DNA of 63,022 nt, filler included, from Asterionella formosa (Eukaryota), in assembly GCA_002256025.1 (NCBI GenBank). It is 24 parts of 24 records of this genome, joined end to end, with 100 filler letters (N's around TTAATTAATTAA, not from the genome) between each part and the next. Parts side by side here need not be neighbours in the genome. Positions count along the whole stretch, not along the records: positions 1 to 1,544 come from NKIB01001994.1; positions 1,645 to 3,187 come from NKIB01001995.1; positions 3,288 to 4,830 come from NKIB01001996.1; positions 4,931 to 30,225 come from NKIB01001997.1; 20 more parts are not named here. One strand, 5' to 3'. Below are positions 1-11,100 of this stretch, one piece after another (the first letter of the stretch is position 1; each line of letters begins with the position of its first letter). Both the position numbers and the translations under genes were made by a program. The notes below the pieces were generated by a model. That model saw only the letters and a list, made by a program, of their open reading frames with translations. It had not been told where the DNA came from and searched no databases.

Positions 1-973
1 ATGCAGGAGAATTGTTGAATGCATTTTCAAACCAAGTCACGGAAGTTACTTCGTCATATATGCATGCGTTCTCCACAAGTTGTAAGTTTCACTTGTGGGT
101 GACATACAAAATGTTGCATGATATCGGAATCACGTAGCAATCCTGCCATGAGCTGTATTGGTTCGAAATAATGGAGTGTGCGTGGGATGATCATGTTTGA
201 ATTGTTATAAATCTATATTTGTTTGGTCAACAGTTGACAACCAGCTAATGTTGTTGGAAATGAAATATCCATGCGTTTTTTCAAAGCTGGTAGGATGGAG
301 CTTGATACCTGCCTTCCATCAAAATGTTTCATTACTTTTGCCTTGAACAGCAATTTCATTAGATGATCAAAGGAAACTGGTGGAAGGTAGTTCTCGTTAA
401 GCAAAAACATGAGTTCTAATTCGATTGGATGCATGTTTAGAGAATGTTTACTTGCAAACTGAAATTGAGGAGGAAGGGGCATTTCCATTGCATTTTCAGG
501 GAGAAAGCCGGTGTGATCTTGGAAATCTGAATATTCCATGGTCTCTGAATTAATCCTTGGAGAGTTTTTAGTCTCAATTCTTTGTCTAGTCTAAATTCTT
601 TGTCTTGTTGTGACTGAATATTGTTATAAACTGAATCGTTGCTGTCGTTATGAAATGGATGATTAGGGTCACTTGATTCAAGGAAAGGACACATAATCTC
701 TTCTTGTTGTCTACTCTCCATAAATGCTGCAGCAGTTACACTGCCATCATTAACTACTTTCCTTGAATGATTCCATGCACTACCACAATATATAGTTTCA
801 TTATGTATTCCAGGAACTCGATGTTCTTGCATGCAATGTCGACAATGACCATATGCATAGAATACACGGTTGCTACAATTTCGATTATGAGACTCAGATA
901 TGGATTTGTTCTTCCGAAATTTGTAGTTACACAGATAACACCATTGCAATGTCCGCAAAGAGCGACATTGCAA
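1..973 (-). pseudogene. Plavaka-like transposase relic (frameshifts and stops), truncated by the window start
   Basis: Reading past the TAG ending ORF 213-539 gives ...HYFEPIQLMAGLLRDSDIMQHFVCHP...GER, then after a frameshift YDEVTSVTWFENAF. This resembles the ER-x-Y-x-E-xx-(T/S)-xx-W block of Plavaka transposases. ORF 437-973 has Cys/His clusters (CYLC..H..C; CRHC..H). Confidence 0.5.
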
Positions 974-1544
974 ATTTCAAATGATGACCAAGTCAGGATA
1001 TGAAAAGGATAGAATGAAAATGAATTGATATATAATAATAAATTTAGCATCACTCCGATCATGCTGTGCTGGACAATACAGAGTCGTGAAATTATCCCTA
1101 CACCATAGTAGTAAAAATGGAGGTATACCGCTACATGCAGTACAGGCGCCACTACTAGTAGTATAGATCAACATCAATGTTTTCCTAACATCTATGATAT
1201 GGTTTGTGCATTGTAGAAGTCTCACACTAACTATATTTATTATGTAACTACTAAGCATGCATTGGATTCTATTAGATCCATTCAAAATCAACATTGTCAT
1301 CAATGTCCCGTTGATTAATGCGGTCATTGTAATCAATATTCTTCTCAAGAACATTTGGTTGAAGTGGTTCAACATATTGATGTATATCCTCTTCACTTAC
1401 GCTGGGAAATGAGAAGTATGAGTGTGGGTAGATGATATTTGTGGTGGAAGTAGCAATTTTACTAGGATTCCTTCCATATTCAGATCGATTCTTTTGTGAA
1501 AGTCCAGTGTAGATTTCTGTACAATAAACGAGTAAATCATCAGT

Positions 1545-1644
1545 NNNNNNNNNNNNNNNNNNNNNNNNNNNNNNNNNNNNNNNNNNNNTTAATTAATTAA
1601 NNNNNNNNNNNNNNNNNNNNNNNNNNNNNNNNNNNNNNNNNNNN
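1545..1644. other. Artificial contig spacer (first of 23)
   Basis: N-run + TTAATTAATTAA (stops in all six frames) + N-run. The same spacer starts near 3188, 4831, 30226, 31868, 33510, 35152, 36794, 38435, 40076, 41716, 43356, 44996, 46636, 48276, 49916, 51556, 53195, 54834, 56473, 58112, 59751 and 61385. Confidence 0.99.
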
Positions 1645-1646
1645 TA

Positions 1647-2312
1647 TTTCCTTTTGTTGAATTAAAACCAATTAGTATTTGTGTTGGCACTAAAAATCGA
1701 AGCAGACTTTTTATAAGGAATTTTGTTCGAACATTAAATACGTGCGATAATGCTCAATTGATTGAACTTTCTGTTTATGATTGCAATTCAACAGATGTTC
1801 CTAATTTGGAGAAACTAATTCGAAATGAATTTAGTGGTAAAATAGTTTTCAAATCAGAAGACACTCCCTTTTCTAGAGCTATCTCATTTAATAAGGCTGT
1901 TTTACAATCAACAAATAATTTAATTTTTATTTGTGATTCAGATTTTAGTATTCCAAAGAATATAGTTTCAATAGTAAACAGATATACTTTATACAATAGT
2001 GTCTGGTTTCCAATAGTATTTTATTTATATAAGAATAAACCTGAAAAATTTTCCAAAAAAAATGGAGAATGGATGCAATGGGGAGGAAAAGGTTTATTAG
2101 CCTGCCATAAATCGGATTTTCTGAAAATTGGCATGATTGATGAGACCTTTATTGAATGGGGTGGTGAAGATGAGGAGCTTTGGCTAAGATTTTATCAAAA
2201 CAATTATACTATTATCCGAAGTAGAAATAAAAACTTACTTCACCATTGGCACTCTAGTGAAAATCCTAAATATAAAAAACTTGAAGAATTGGTAGATTCC
2301 GGTCTGCTATAA
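1647..2312 (+). CDS. Bacterial GT-A fold glycosyltransferase (GT2 N-terminus with GT7C-like C-terminus), 5'-partial
   Basis: The frame is open from the contig edge (FPFVELKPISICVGTKNR...). Motifs: VYDCNSTD, FSRAISFN, DxD (CDSD) and WGGEDEE. No introns; AT-rich. Confidence 0.85.
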   Translation, partial: FPFVELKPISICVGTKNRSRLFIRNFVRTLNTCDNAQLIELSVYDCNSTDVPNLEKLIRNEFSGKIVFKSEDTPFSRAISFNKAVLQSTNNLIFICDSDFSIPKNIVSIVNRYTLYNSVWFPIVFYLYKNKPEKFSKKNGEWMQWGGKGLLACHKSDFLKIGMIDETFIEWGGEDEELWLRFYQNNYTIIRSRNKNLLHHWHSSENPKYKKLEELVDSGLL

Positions 2313-2326
2313 TACATTTGTAGAAT

Positions 2327-3103
2327 ATGAGTAAACCCTTAGTTTCAATAATTACACCTTCATTTCAGCAAGCACCCTGGTTAGAATCGTGCATACAATC
2401 GGTTCTGAATCAAACTTACAAAAATGTTGAGTATATCATTATTGATGGAGGGTCAACTGATGGCTCAAAAGAAATAATAGAAAAATATTCAAAACAACTT
2501 ACCTATTGGCAATCAAAGAAAGATAGTGGTCAAGCCAATGCCATTAATATTGGATATAAACAGGCAAACGGAGAAATAGTTGCTTACCTAAATGCTGATG
2601 ATCTCTTAGAACCATGGGCAGTTGAAACCATTGTTCGAGTATTTGAGGTTAACAAAGAATTTGCCATCATGTATGCAAAATGCAATACAATTGATGAAAC
2701 AGGCAAAGAAGTTAAAGAAGCAGAAGGTTTCCAATTAAGATTTGAAGCATTATTGGCCGATGGAATGCTTCCTGGTATGTATCAACCTGCATGTTTTTTC
2801 AATAAAACCTATCTTGATCCTGAATTCATTGTTGATGAAAAGCTTGATTATGCTTTTGATTATGAATTAATATTGAATTTGGCCTCACAGAAAAACTTAC
2901 TATTTATAAATAAAGCAATTGCTTCATACAGAGTACATAACAATAGTAAAAGTAATTTAAACAAAATTGAGGCATATAAAGAAAAACTAGGTATTCAAGA
3001 GAAATTTGGCAAATCTGACTTCTTTAAATGGAAATGGAAAAGATTTAAACTTGCCATTGCTCAAAAAACAGGAAAAATATCTAACGGGAAGGCAGCACTC
3101 TAG
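2327..3103 (+). CDS. Bacterial family 2 glycosyltransferase (WcaE/WfgS-like)
   Basis: VSIITPSFQQ, EYIIIDGGSTDGS, GQANAINIG, YLNADD, QPACFF and AFDYEL. Starts 14 nt after the upstream GT, in an operon-like arrangement. Confidence 0.93.
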   Translation: MSKPLVSIITPSFQQAPWLESCIQSVLNQTYKNVEYIIIDGGSTDGSKEIIEKYSKQLTYWQSKKDSGQANAINIGYKQANGEIVAYLNADDLLEPWAVETIVRVFEVNKEFAIMYAKCNTIDETGKEVKEAEGFQLRFEALLADGMLPGMYQPACFFNKTYLDPEFIVDEKLDYAFDYELILNLASQKNLLFINKAIASYRVHNNSKSNLNKIEAYKEKLGIQEKFGKSDFFKWKWKRFKLAIAQKTGKISNGKAAL

Positions 3104-3185
3104 TTGCTTTCATGAATCTCTTTTTATAATATTCAGTATCCAGATTATCTATTCTAACCCCGGAACTCGTGCTTGAGTGAATAAA
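3081..3185 (-). CDS. C-terminal end of an NlpC/P60 (C40) peptidoglycan peptidase, partial; not in the ORF track
   Basis: The reverse frame reads FIHSSTSSGVRIDNLDTEYYKKRFMKATRVLPSR*, the typical NlpC/P60 tail (FIHxSxSxGVxIxxLxxxYYxxRF). It converges on and overlaps the GT2 3' end by 23 nt. Confidence 0.8.
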   Translation of the reverse strand, partial: FIHSSTSSGVRIDNLDTEYYKKRFMKATRVLPSR

Positions 3186-3287
3186 TTNNNNNNNNNNNNN
3201 NNNNNNNNNNNNNNNNNNNNNNNNNNNNNNNTTAATTAATTAANNNNNNNNNNNNNNNNNNNNNNNNNNNNNNNNNNNNNNNNNNNN

Positions 3288-4830
3288 AAGCTATTTTCCA
3301 GCAGCAATGGACCACCAGACCCTTATGGAAGAGGCCTAGAGTAATCTAGATCCTGACTGGCTCTCTGTGTAGGGAACGAACCTATAACCCGGTTAGTTCC
3401 CGAGGGGATTGCCTTGTATCCCCTCCATGGGTGGGGGCTACTATGGAGGAACCCGGTGAAGGATATCCAAGTGTAACCCGGATAAGTGGTTACTTGGAAG
3501 GGGAAGCACATGAGGACCATTACTGGACAACCTGGAGAGCTAACTCCAATGTTACCCATACACGCATGGACAACATTCAAGGGAGGGTGCATTGTTCATG
3601 ACACGACAATCAACCCCTCGGGTGAGGGGGGTCCAAATCCACGGACCCTATCGTATTTTCCATCATGTAGTAGCATCGTTCGTTCGTTCGTTCGTCCGTT
3701 CGTTCGTAAATTTTACAAAGAGGATTGCAATAACAAAACATAAAGGAATAAAGACCCAAAGTTCACCTGTGTTTATAAAGCTGACTAACACGTTATCTCG
3801 AACACACAGGTGAGTACTAGCCCAATATGGTTCTATCTTTTCGCAACCATGCAGACCACGCCAGTGTAGCCGTGGAAGGTAATGCCGAAAGCATATCTCC
3901 CGAGCTCAATCAGATGGTCCTCGATCTTCTCCTAGTTGATCTTAGACATGCAGATGACCCCGATGATGACGGGCATACTGATGCTGTTGCAATGAGGAAA
4001 ATCCTCACCACCATGAAAGTGACTGGGATGGACAACCTGCGCAACGTCCTTAACGTTCACCAAATCCAAAGCCCAGCATTTATCAATTCAGTCCAACCTG
4101 CTCTCGAATGGCTTACTGTCCTAGCTAAGTGGCAGCTCTTGGACATCGAGGAGACCCCGGAGGACTTTGATGAGATGAAGCATGAGGTGGCAGCTCGCTA
4201 TACCCATGTAGCTCACAACTGGCCTACCCCAACGGCCCTCACGCACTGGGGGCCCGGGAACAAACCTGTCCAACGTATCTTCACTACACCTGTCCAGCAG
4301 CTCAGACAATTTTCCGGCGACCATGGAGATTGGCTGGAATGGAGCCAGCAGAGTATCGGGCATTTTGCAACCTCGAACCTCATCAAGGTAATCAAATCCC
4401 GGAACTATGCCCTCAAGAACCCCGACGAAAACGGCCTTGTCTGGGGCATGCTGGTTGCCTCCATCTCGACTACAGCGGTTGCTAGATTGGCACTCACTAC
4501 CAAGGAGGAGCATGATGGACACGAAGCTTGGCACAAACTCCGTGGCTATTACGAAGGGGAAGAACTGGTCATTCACTGGATTAAAAAGTACAATAAGGTG
4601 CTGGACAATCTCCGCCTTACTGAAGGAGGATCTCTACGCGAGTTTCATAATTCGTTCACCGATTGTATGTGTAAACTTACACAGTACATGAAAATTGTTA
4701 CGGAAAAGAAACTCAAAGCAGACGAAATCCCTGACAGTTACAATTGGTGGAAGTTGTACACTGCCAAGTTGACTGACCCCAAGTATAACACGAAGGACGT
4801 CAAGGAGAGTCTCGAGAGGTACAAGGAGGA
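3288..4830 (+). mobile_element. 5' part of a Ty1/copia-like LTR retrotransposon: probable LTR, then gag ORF 3827 to the contig end
   Basis: Uninterrupted ORF with gag-like motifs QFSGDHGDWLEW and DGHEAWHKLRGYYEG. The upstream non-coding region has a (TTCG)n tract, AATAAA and ends ...ACACA near 3808. Confidence 0.6.
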
Positions 4831-5734
4831 NNNNNNNNNNNNNNNNNNNNNNNNNNNNNNNNNNNNNNNNNNNNTTAATTAATTAANNNNNNNNNNNNNN
4901 NNNNNNNNNNNNNNNNNNNNNNNNNNNNNNAGGGTTTGGAACATTGGGGATGAACTGGTAATGGCAGGTAGGGTTAGGGTTAAGAGGCGCCACCATTAGT
5001 TCACCATGAGGATGGGGAAAAAGTGTTGCATTCTTGTGTTGCTGCCAAGCAGCAAATTCGCCACTGAATGCAGCTGCATCAGTGTCATTATCATCATGAG
5101 GCAATGGAGATCTCATGACAGAGGGCATTCAGGGAAGGGATCAGTACCTTGTGTGTGTTGAAAGGGAGAAAGCATGCAATGGATGGTGGCAGCAGCACCT
5201 ACATTAACAAGGAACTGAGATTCTAAAGTAGTCAGTATTTAACTAGCAGCTGTAGAGGGGCCAGTACTTATGAGAATGAAGCACTTAGTACTACAGAAAT
5301 CTTGGTAGCATATACGGAGTAACCAGTATTTGGTACCAACAACTCCACCTTACTACAAATACCAAAATAGAGATACCTGTAGTACCAGTAAAAATCTGCC
5401 ATGACCCATTGAGTTGGGTTTTTTTGTTTGACTCCTCCGAATATACGTAAATTCTACCAAATTGCGGACCCATTTGTTCAATAGTGTCAGAGCAGTATCG
5501 ATCAATCAAGCTGTAGTGTTAAAATTCTCATTGAACGATTTCATCAGAAGATACAATGATTACAAAACAGCTAAAAAGTGAATTCAATGGGTCACAAACG
5601 TATATACTTTTTTCAAGATAAGTGTATACAAAAAATATATATACATTTTCGAGAATGGATTAGGTCATGTGATAAAAGCAATTCCCGCTCTAGCTATCAT
5701 CTTGCCATTCGGGTACTTCTTAGTAATTTTTAGG

Positions 5735-6448
5735 CACTAAGTAATTTCTTAAGTAATTTTTATTTAGGGGCAATATGAGGCACATCAAATTTTTTGGCAT
5801 TAAAATTGCCGATTTTAGCATGAAGTAACGGTAATGCACATAGAAATGGTACAACAAGCATAAAACACACAAGAATGATTATAACATGCAACATCAATGA
5901 AAATTGAACATGATGTTTGGAGCAACAAAAGTATGAAATGAGATGTAATAAGTAGCATCAAATGAGAAATAGAAAATATTGTTTTGGGTTAGAAATGAAG
6001 TAAAAAATAGGAGTTTCAATGGAGACATAGCTATGCATTGTGACTCATTGTAGTACTTAGACAGGCAACATTGACTTTCCATCACCACACAATCAAAGAC
6101 CGAAAGAAGAAGAAAAAAAGCTGAACCCAATTTAGACCTGCATCGTTATGTAGCCTAGATGATCTGGTTGCTGCAACCATGCACATCGCTGTAGTAGCCT
6201 GACACCAGTAGTAGCAGTCTTTCTGCCACAGTCATTCCTCCCACCTAACAAGCAACCCTGATCATTCCATTCTGAGCGAGCGTGATCGCCAGCACGCTGC
6301 TCCAGCACTATTGACTCTCTCTAGCTGAGTATGGTTACGTAGCTTGTGATACGAGCTCATAGTAGAAAGTTAGCAAAGCGCGTTAGCCCAAGAAAAGCAT
6401 TGCTTGGCGGGAATATTGACATCATGGTCAACGACTATACAGATCAAC
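5735..6448. repeat. Dispersed repeat; inverted diverged copy at ~51656-52310 and a short piece at ~34305-34365
   Basis: Colinear similarity, for example 5767 GGGGCAATATGAGGCACATCAAATTTTTTGGCATTAAAATTGCC versus the reverse complement of 52216-52259. Similarity continues to AATATTGACATCATGGTCAA at both loci. Confidence 0.85.
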
Positions 6449-7443
6449 AAATAAGATCAACAATAATGCATCTTCAAAGAGTAGGATCAATACATCGGCC
6501 CTTGTGTACTAGATAGTTACAATCGAATGACAACGACAGTGCGGAACGACAAACAATAATGGAAGCGATCAAAACGAACCATGGAAGCAATCAAATCGGA
6601 AATTCGACAACTTTAATCTACAATGACATTCAAATTTTCACTGTTGTACTCACCAATCCGCTCTAACAAGCGTAACACGCAGCAGACGACGGGCTCATAA
6701 GAAAGTAGAAAAATGCTGCTGTTGCAAGCCCAAATTGAGCAACGGGAGACAGGGTAGAGTGTTTTGTTATAATTGCTTGTGAGGACGAAATCGGGCATTC
6801 GTAAAATCAATGAATATGGGAAGCAAATAATTTAACACACCATTATCGCAAAGATAATACGCATTGAAATGTTGAAGTTTAGCTTAAACCATGCGTGGTT
6901 GTTTTGAGTACCACGTTCGTATGTAGGCTAAATGACTAGAATATTAGTTAAGCATCACATATCTGAACAGAGCAAAAACTTTCCGCAGCATCAGATGTAT
7001 CAAAATCATCATTTGTCCGACGAAATATGGATGATGTGACTACATGAATCCCTCGAGAAGACAAGCAAGCCAACTAACAACCGCATCCTTTTGACAACGA
7101 ATTGCTACTGGTGTCATCAATGAACTCATTTTGCTTCAGACTGGGTATGATGGACGGTGATCGGCATGGTGAATGGTGAATTGCCGGATTCCACTTTTCA
7201 GTCGACGAAGAAAAACGATGTGAATACTAGATATAATTTAATCAAATCTGTATAGTATATAAAATGGTTTCCTTAAGTAGACCCCTTGCTGGCCGATTTC
7301 GGCAATCCCAGGGCTGGAAATCCGAGGGTCAATTGGCGTCTGTTGTCTTGCCAAAATGCTAACATAGGAAATACCCAAAATATATTTTATGGATTGGCAA
7401 TATCGGACCTTTGGCAAGATTTTATGCGAAGATAGGAAATATC

Positions 7444-7721
7444 CAAAATATATTTTATATGATGGGCCAATGCAAGCTAAAAATGACATTTACGCTCAAT
7501 GAGTGGGCAGTAAGTAAGCTAATGCCATGACGATAGCTAGTTTGTGAATTGCCTCAACAATACCCTTCTCGGCGGCTACTTGCCTTCTCGTATACATGTG
7601 TACTTGGCTGGGATGGCACTCGTAGGGTGACCTGGGGCGCCACTCGTATGGTCAACCTACTCACGCCACCCAGCCTCGAACACATGTAAACTCGCAGGCA
7701 AGAGACCACCTCGGGTGTGTA
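7444..7721. repeat. Repeat terminus containing a ~160-nt imperfect hairpin (7561-7721); direct copy at ~14110-14328 lacks most of the left arm
   Basis: Both loci share CAAAATATATTTTATATGATGGG...GCAAGCTAAAAATGA...GTGAATTGCCTCAAC...CGCCACCCAGCCTCGAACACATGTA. Arms 7561-7632 and 7650-7721 are complementary. Confidence 0.8.
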
Positions 7722-8199
7722 ATGCCTTCAGCACTTGTCATGCGTGTTATTAAGCACCTTGTGAAAACCTGGTATGTACTCCTTACTGGCAGTATACCCG
7801 AAACCATTCATGACGTATATGCATGATGATGCCATGCGCCTAAATAATTTTGCCATCACCACAGAAGTCAATACCAAGAAAAGATATAAATTGTCGTAAA
7901 TTTAAGTCAATATCGAAAATGTTGTATTGATCATCATATATCACATGACGTGGAGATTTCTAAACTTACCCTAATCCGTGTTCTTCATGGCTTTTTGGTC
8001 GATTGACCATTTCAGGCAATCTATCAAGATGAACAACTTGCTCCAAATCTCAAGCTAATAACATAGCTGAGTAGCCTATATGCTCGGGAAGGAGCCAGAA
8101 CACTCAGAATTTACATTTACGTAAGTTCTGATAGCGAAACGTGTTATTCTGCGTTCAATGGCTGGGTCAGAGCAGTACAAAAATTCTCAATTGGTCATG

Positions 8200-11100
8200 G
8201 CAGTTTTTTACTGGTACCTGGTAATACACACATCAGATACAGTAAATAACTCCTGATACATCTTCTATACCTGCATACCTGATGGTAATACATACCAGAT
8301 ACAGTAGCTACCTGATACAACTTGGTGTAGTACACCAGTCTGCTATACTATCTGCTTGTACAACCTAGTAACAAAGCTGGTGTTTGCCTCTGTCAACCAC
8401 CACTACAAAGGCAACAGCAAGCAGAATCAACCTAGCACAGCAAATCCTCCTACTCATTACATACACAATGGCTTTGTGATACAAGGTTTTACTAACTGAC
8501 CACTTCAGTGCATACTTCTACAAAACTGCTCATTGCAGCCATGCTGATTTACTAGTTACTGGTATAACTACTGGTGAACTATAAGGATATTCTACACTGA
8601 ATATTGCAATTGCAATCTTACTACATTTCCACCCAGTCACATTCTCAAGATTGCGATTCTACTCCTATTGCTCCTTACAAAATAGATTTCTGGTCAAGAA
8701 TGTTATTTAAAATCTATTTTGCTCAGTTCAACAACATCATCCCTCCTGCCTTCTATGCTGGATAAAAACTTTCTCGCCCTGTACATCTTCCTGGGCAAAC
8801 CCATTGTGATCTCCTACCACCATGCATACTGGTAGTTGATTTACCTAATTCAACTACAATGTTATTCATACCAGTTCCACCTACCAATTGGAAAAGTCTT
8901 TCCTTAAATATCTCTCCAGATACTGATCATTTTGACCAGGCATGTTCTTCTAGTATGACATGTCATTCTTCCATCGAAGAATTATTCAGGACTGTTTTCT
9001 GTTGTCTTCACAACCTACCCATTCTCCTCTTAGTCATTTTAGACATTATCATCATTTAAAAACTATTCAGGAACATTTCACGTCTCCTCCACAACCTACC
9101 CATTCTCCTCTTGTTCATGTTAGACATCATCCCCATCAACCATTGCATGATAGTCAAGGTACCGGCAAGTTGCGGTAATTTTGCTGACACTAAACATTTA
9201 GCTATCTTTATACTAGATTTAAATCTTAGTTCAAGCAAAATGATCGCAACTTGCAGGTACCGGTTTCATATTGTGTCCATACGTAGGACTACCAGTTCAT
9301 TGTACTAATATTTATACCGGAATATTAATCGCCGCTAGAACGCGTTTTCGTCAGCATTTGATCAATTTTTAAGATATAGCCAAAGTGGATGCACCATTGA
9401 ATCTGCGGTGCCAAGCTTGATATCTTTCACTAGATAATTGTTTCTATCTACTGTACAAATGGATGAGAAAACTTGAGCGACAGTAATCTTGGCGAGGGTG
9501 CAACATCTCAAAATGCAAGAATTTAGCTTAATGTATTTTTTGTACTTACTTTTGTGTATGCACTTCATGTCATGGTTCATATTTCTGTACAATCTGAATT
9601 AGGTCATTTTGTAGTTTAATAAAGACACACATGTATAAACATTCAAAAATGCACTGCTTGTTTTTTACGCAAATAGAAAATTCGCATCGTACAAATAGTC
9701 ACAAATTCCCCTGGTGACTGACGGTTTGTGCATTTTTAGACACTTTTATACAAAAATTGTATTCTTTAACCATGCGACAATAGATTGCTTGTATTTCAAT
9801 AAATTATATGATAACAGGAAAGAACTTTTGGTGAAGGCAAAGGATGCCGAGAGTACACAAATCCCACCTTTGACTGGCAGCATGCGTTGCCTTGGTTCTC
9901 AGTCATCAGTTGTGCAAAATACTGTTACTACAACTGATGAAGATGCCATGTATGCTCTGAATGCAGCTGTTGCTGAGAATTGTATTCAGAATATAAGCAA
10001 AACTCAAGTCTAATACCAAGAACCACCATTCTACTTCTCTAACTGTGCATTTCTCACTGCATGATGCATCTCCTTGCCCACCTCGCTCAGTCATTGATCG
10101 ATGTTTCAAATCCTATCACTAATATGCAAGGAATCCATGACCTGAATTCTTTGTAGAGGAAGTGATCTCAAATCCCATCAGCACTCAAAGATCTTCAATT
10201 CTGCTCCTGATACTTATACTTACCCTTAGATTCTGGGCGTTCATTTCAGCTTCCCTGCTCATCTACAATTTTATGAATACATTGCAACAGAGCCTGCACA
10301 GGAATCTTCAATGATTGCATGTCTCAATAGAATCATGCCAAATATCAAGTGTGATATTTCTTCATGGCATGATGGCGATATCCTTGCTTCTTTTGTTCCA
10401 AGATCAAGTCTGCAAAACTCACACTTTTGGTACTCTTCTCCTCCAAAATCATGTTTGCAGACCACCTGATATTGCTTTCTTTTACCTTATATGTTCATCA
10501 ACAATGTTTTGACTTCATTGCTGATCAATCTTTGATTACAAATCATAATAGACTTATGCAATATCTCAAATGCGATATTTCCCATTTGACAGATAAGGAT
10601 ACCACTCTTCTGCTCCAAAATCATGTGCAAAACCTCGATTCGCACCTCATTTCTCCCACTCTCTGATTGTGCAGATTGCACTGCTCCATTCGAGGCTAAT
10701 TTTCTGCTTCAAGATTATGTTTACAAAACCAAAATTTGCGTCTCTTTTCTCCCACTTTCCGATTGTGCAGATCACACTGCTTCATTCCCAGATGCAAAAC
10801 TTTCCTTTGACAATGCTGGTCACTGGTACTCCTTCATCTGGATTCCACAAGAATTGCATTTACACCTATCTCTGCATAAATTTTGGATCTTGCAATTGCA
10901 ATTCACATCCCTCATCAATACCCTTGGTGTATTTCTCTCACGATTCGTATGATGTAACTCTTTTGATATCATTTATGATGATTTGGTAATCATGTTGATG
11001 CACATCATGCACATCAGCCACTTCTTTCTGGCCTATTTCCTTTACATTTCGGAGAGCTTGTTCCATTTTCATTTAGGATGATGTTAAAACCTGATGATCA

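Noticed and set aside
1545..1644. Regularly recurring TTAATTAATTAA flanked by Ns, superficially like a repeat-spacer array
   Set aside because: It is an artificial six-frame-stop contig linker. ORFs ending in X-runs or 'LIN' are artefacts of it.
1645..4830. Bacterial glycosyltransferases next to a retrotransposon gag, suggesting TE-mediated HGT
   Set aside because: They are on different contigs separated by a linker, so there is no physical linkage.
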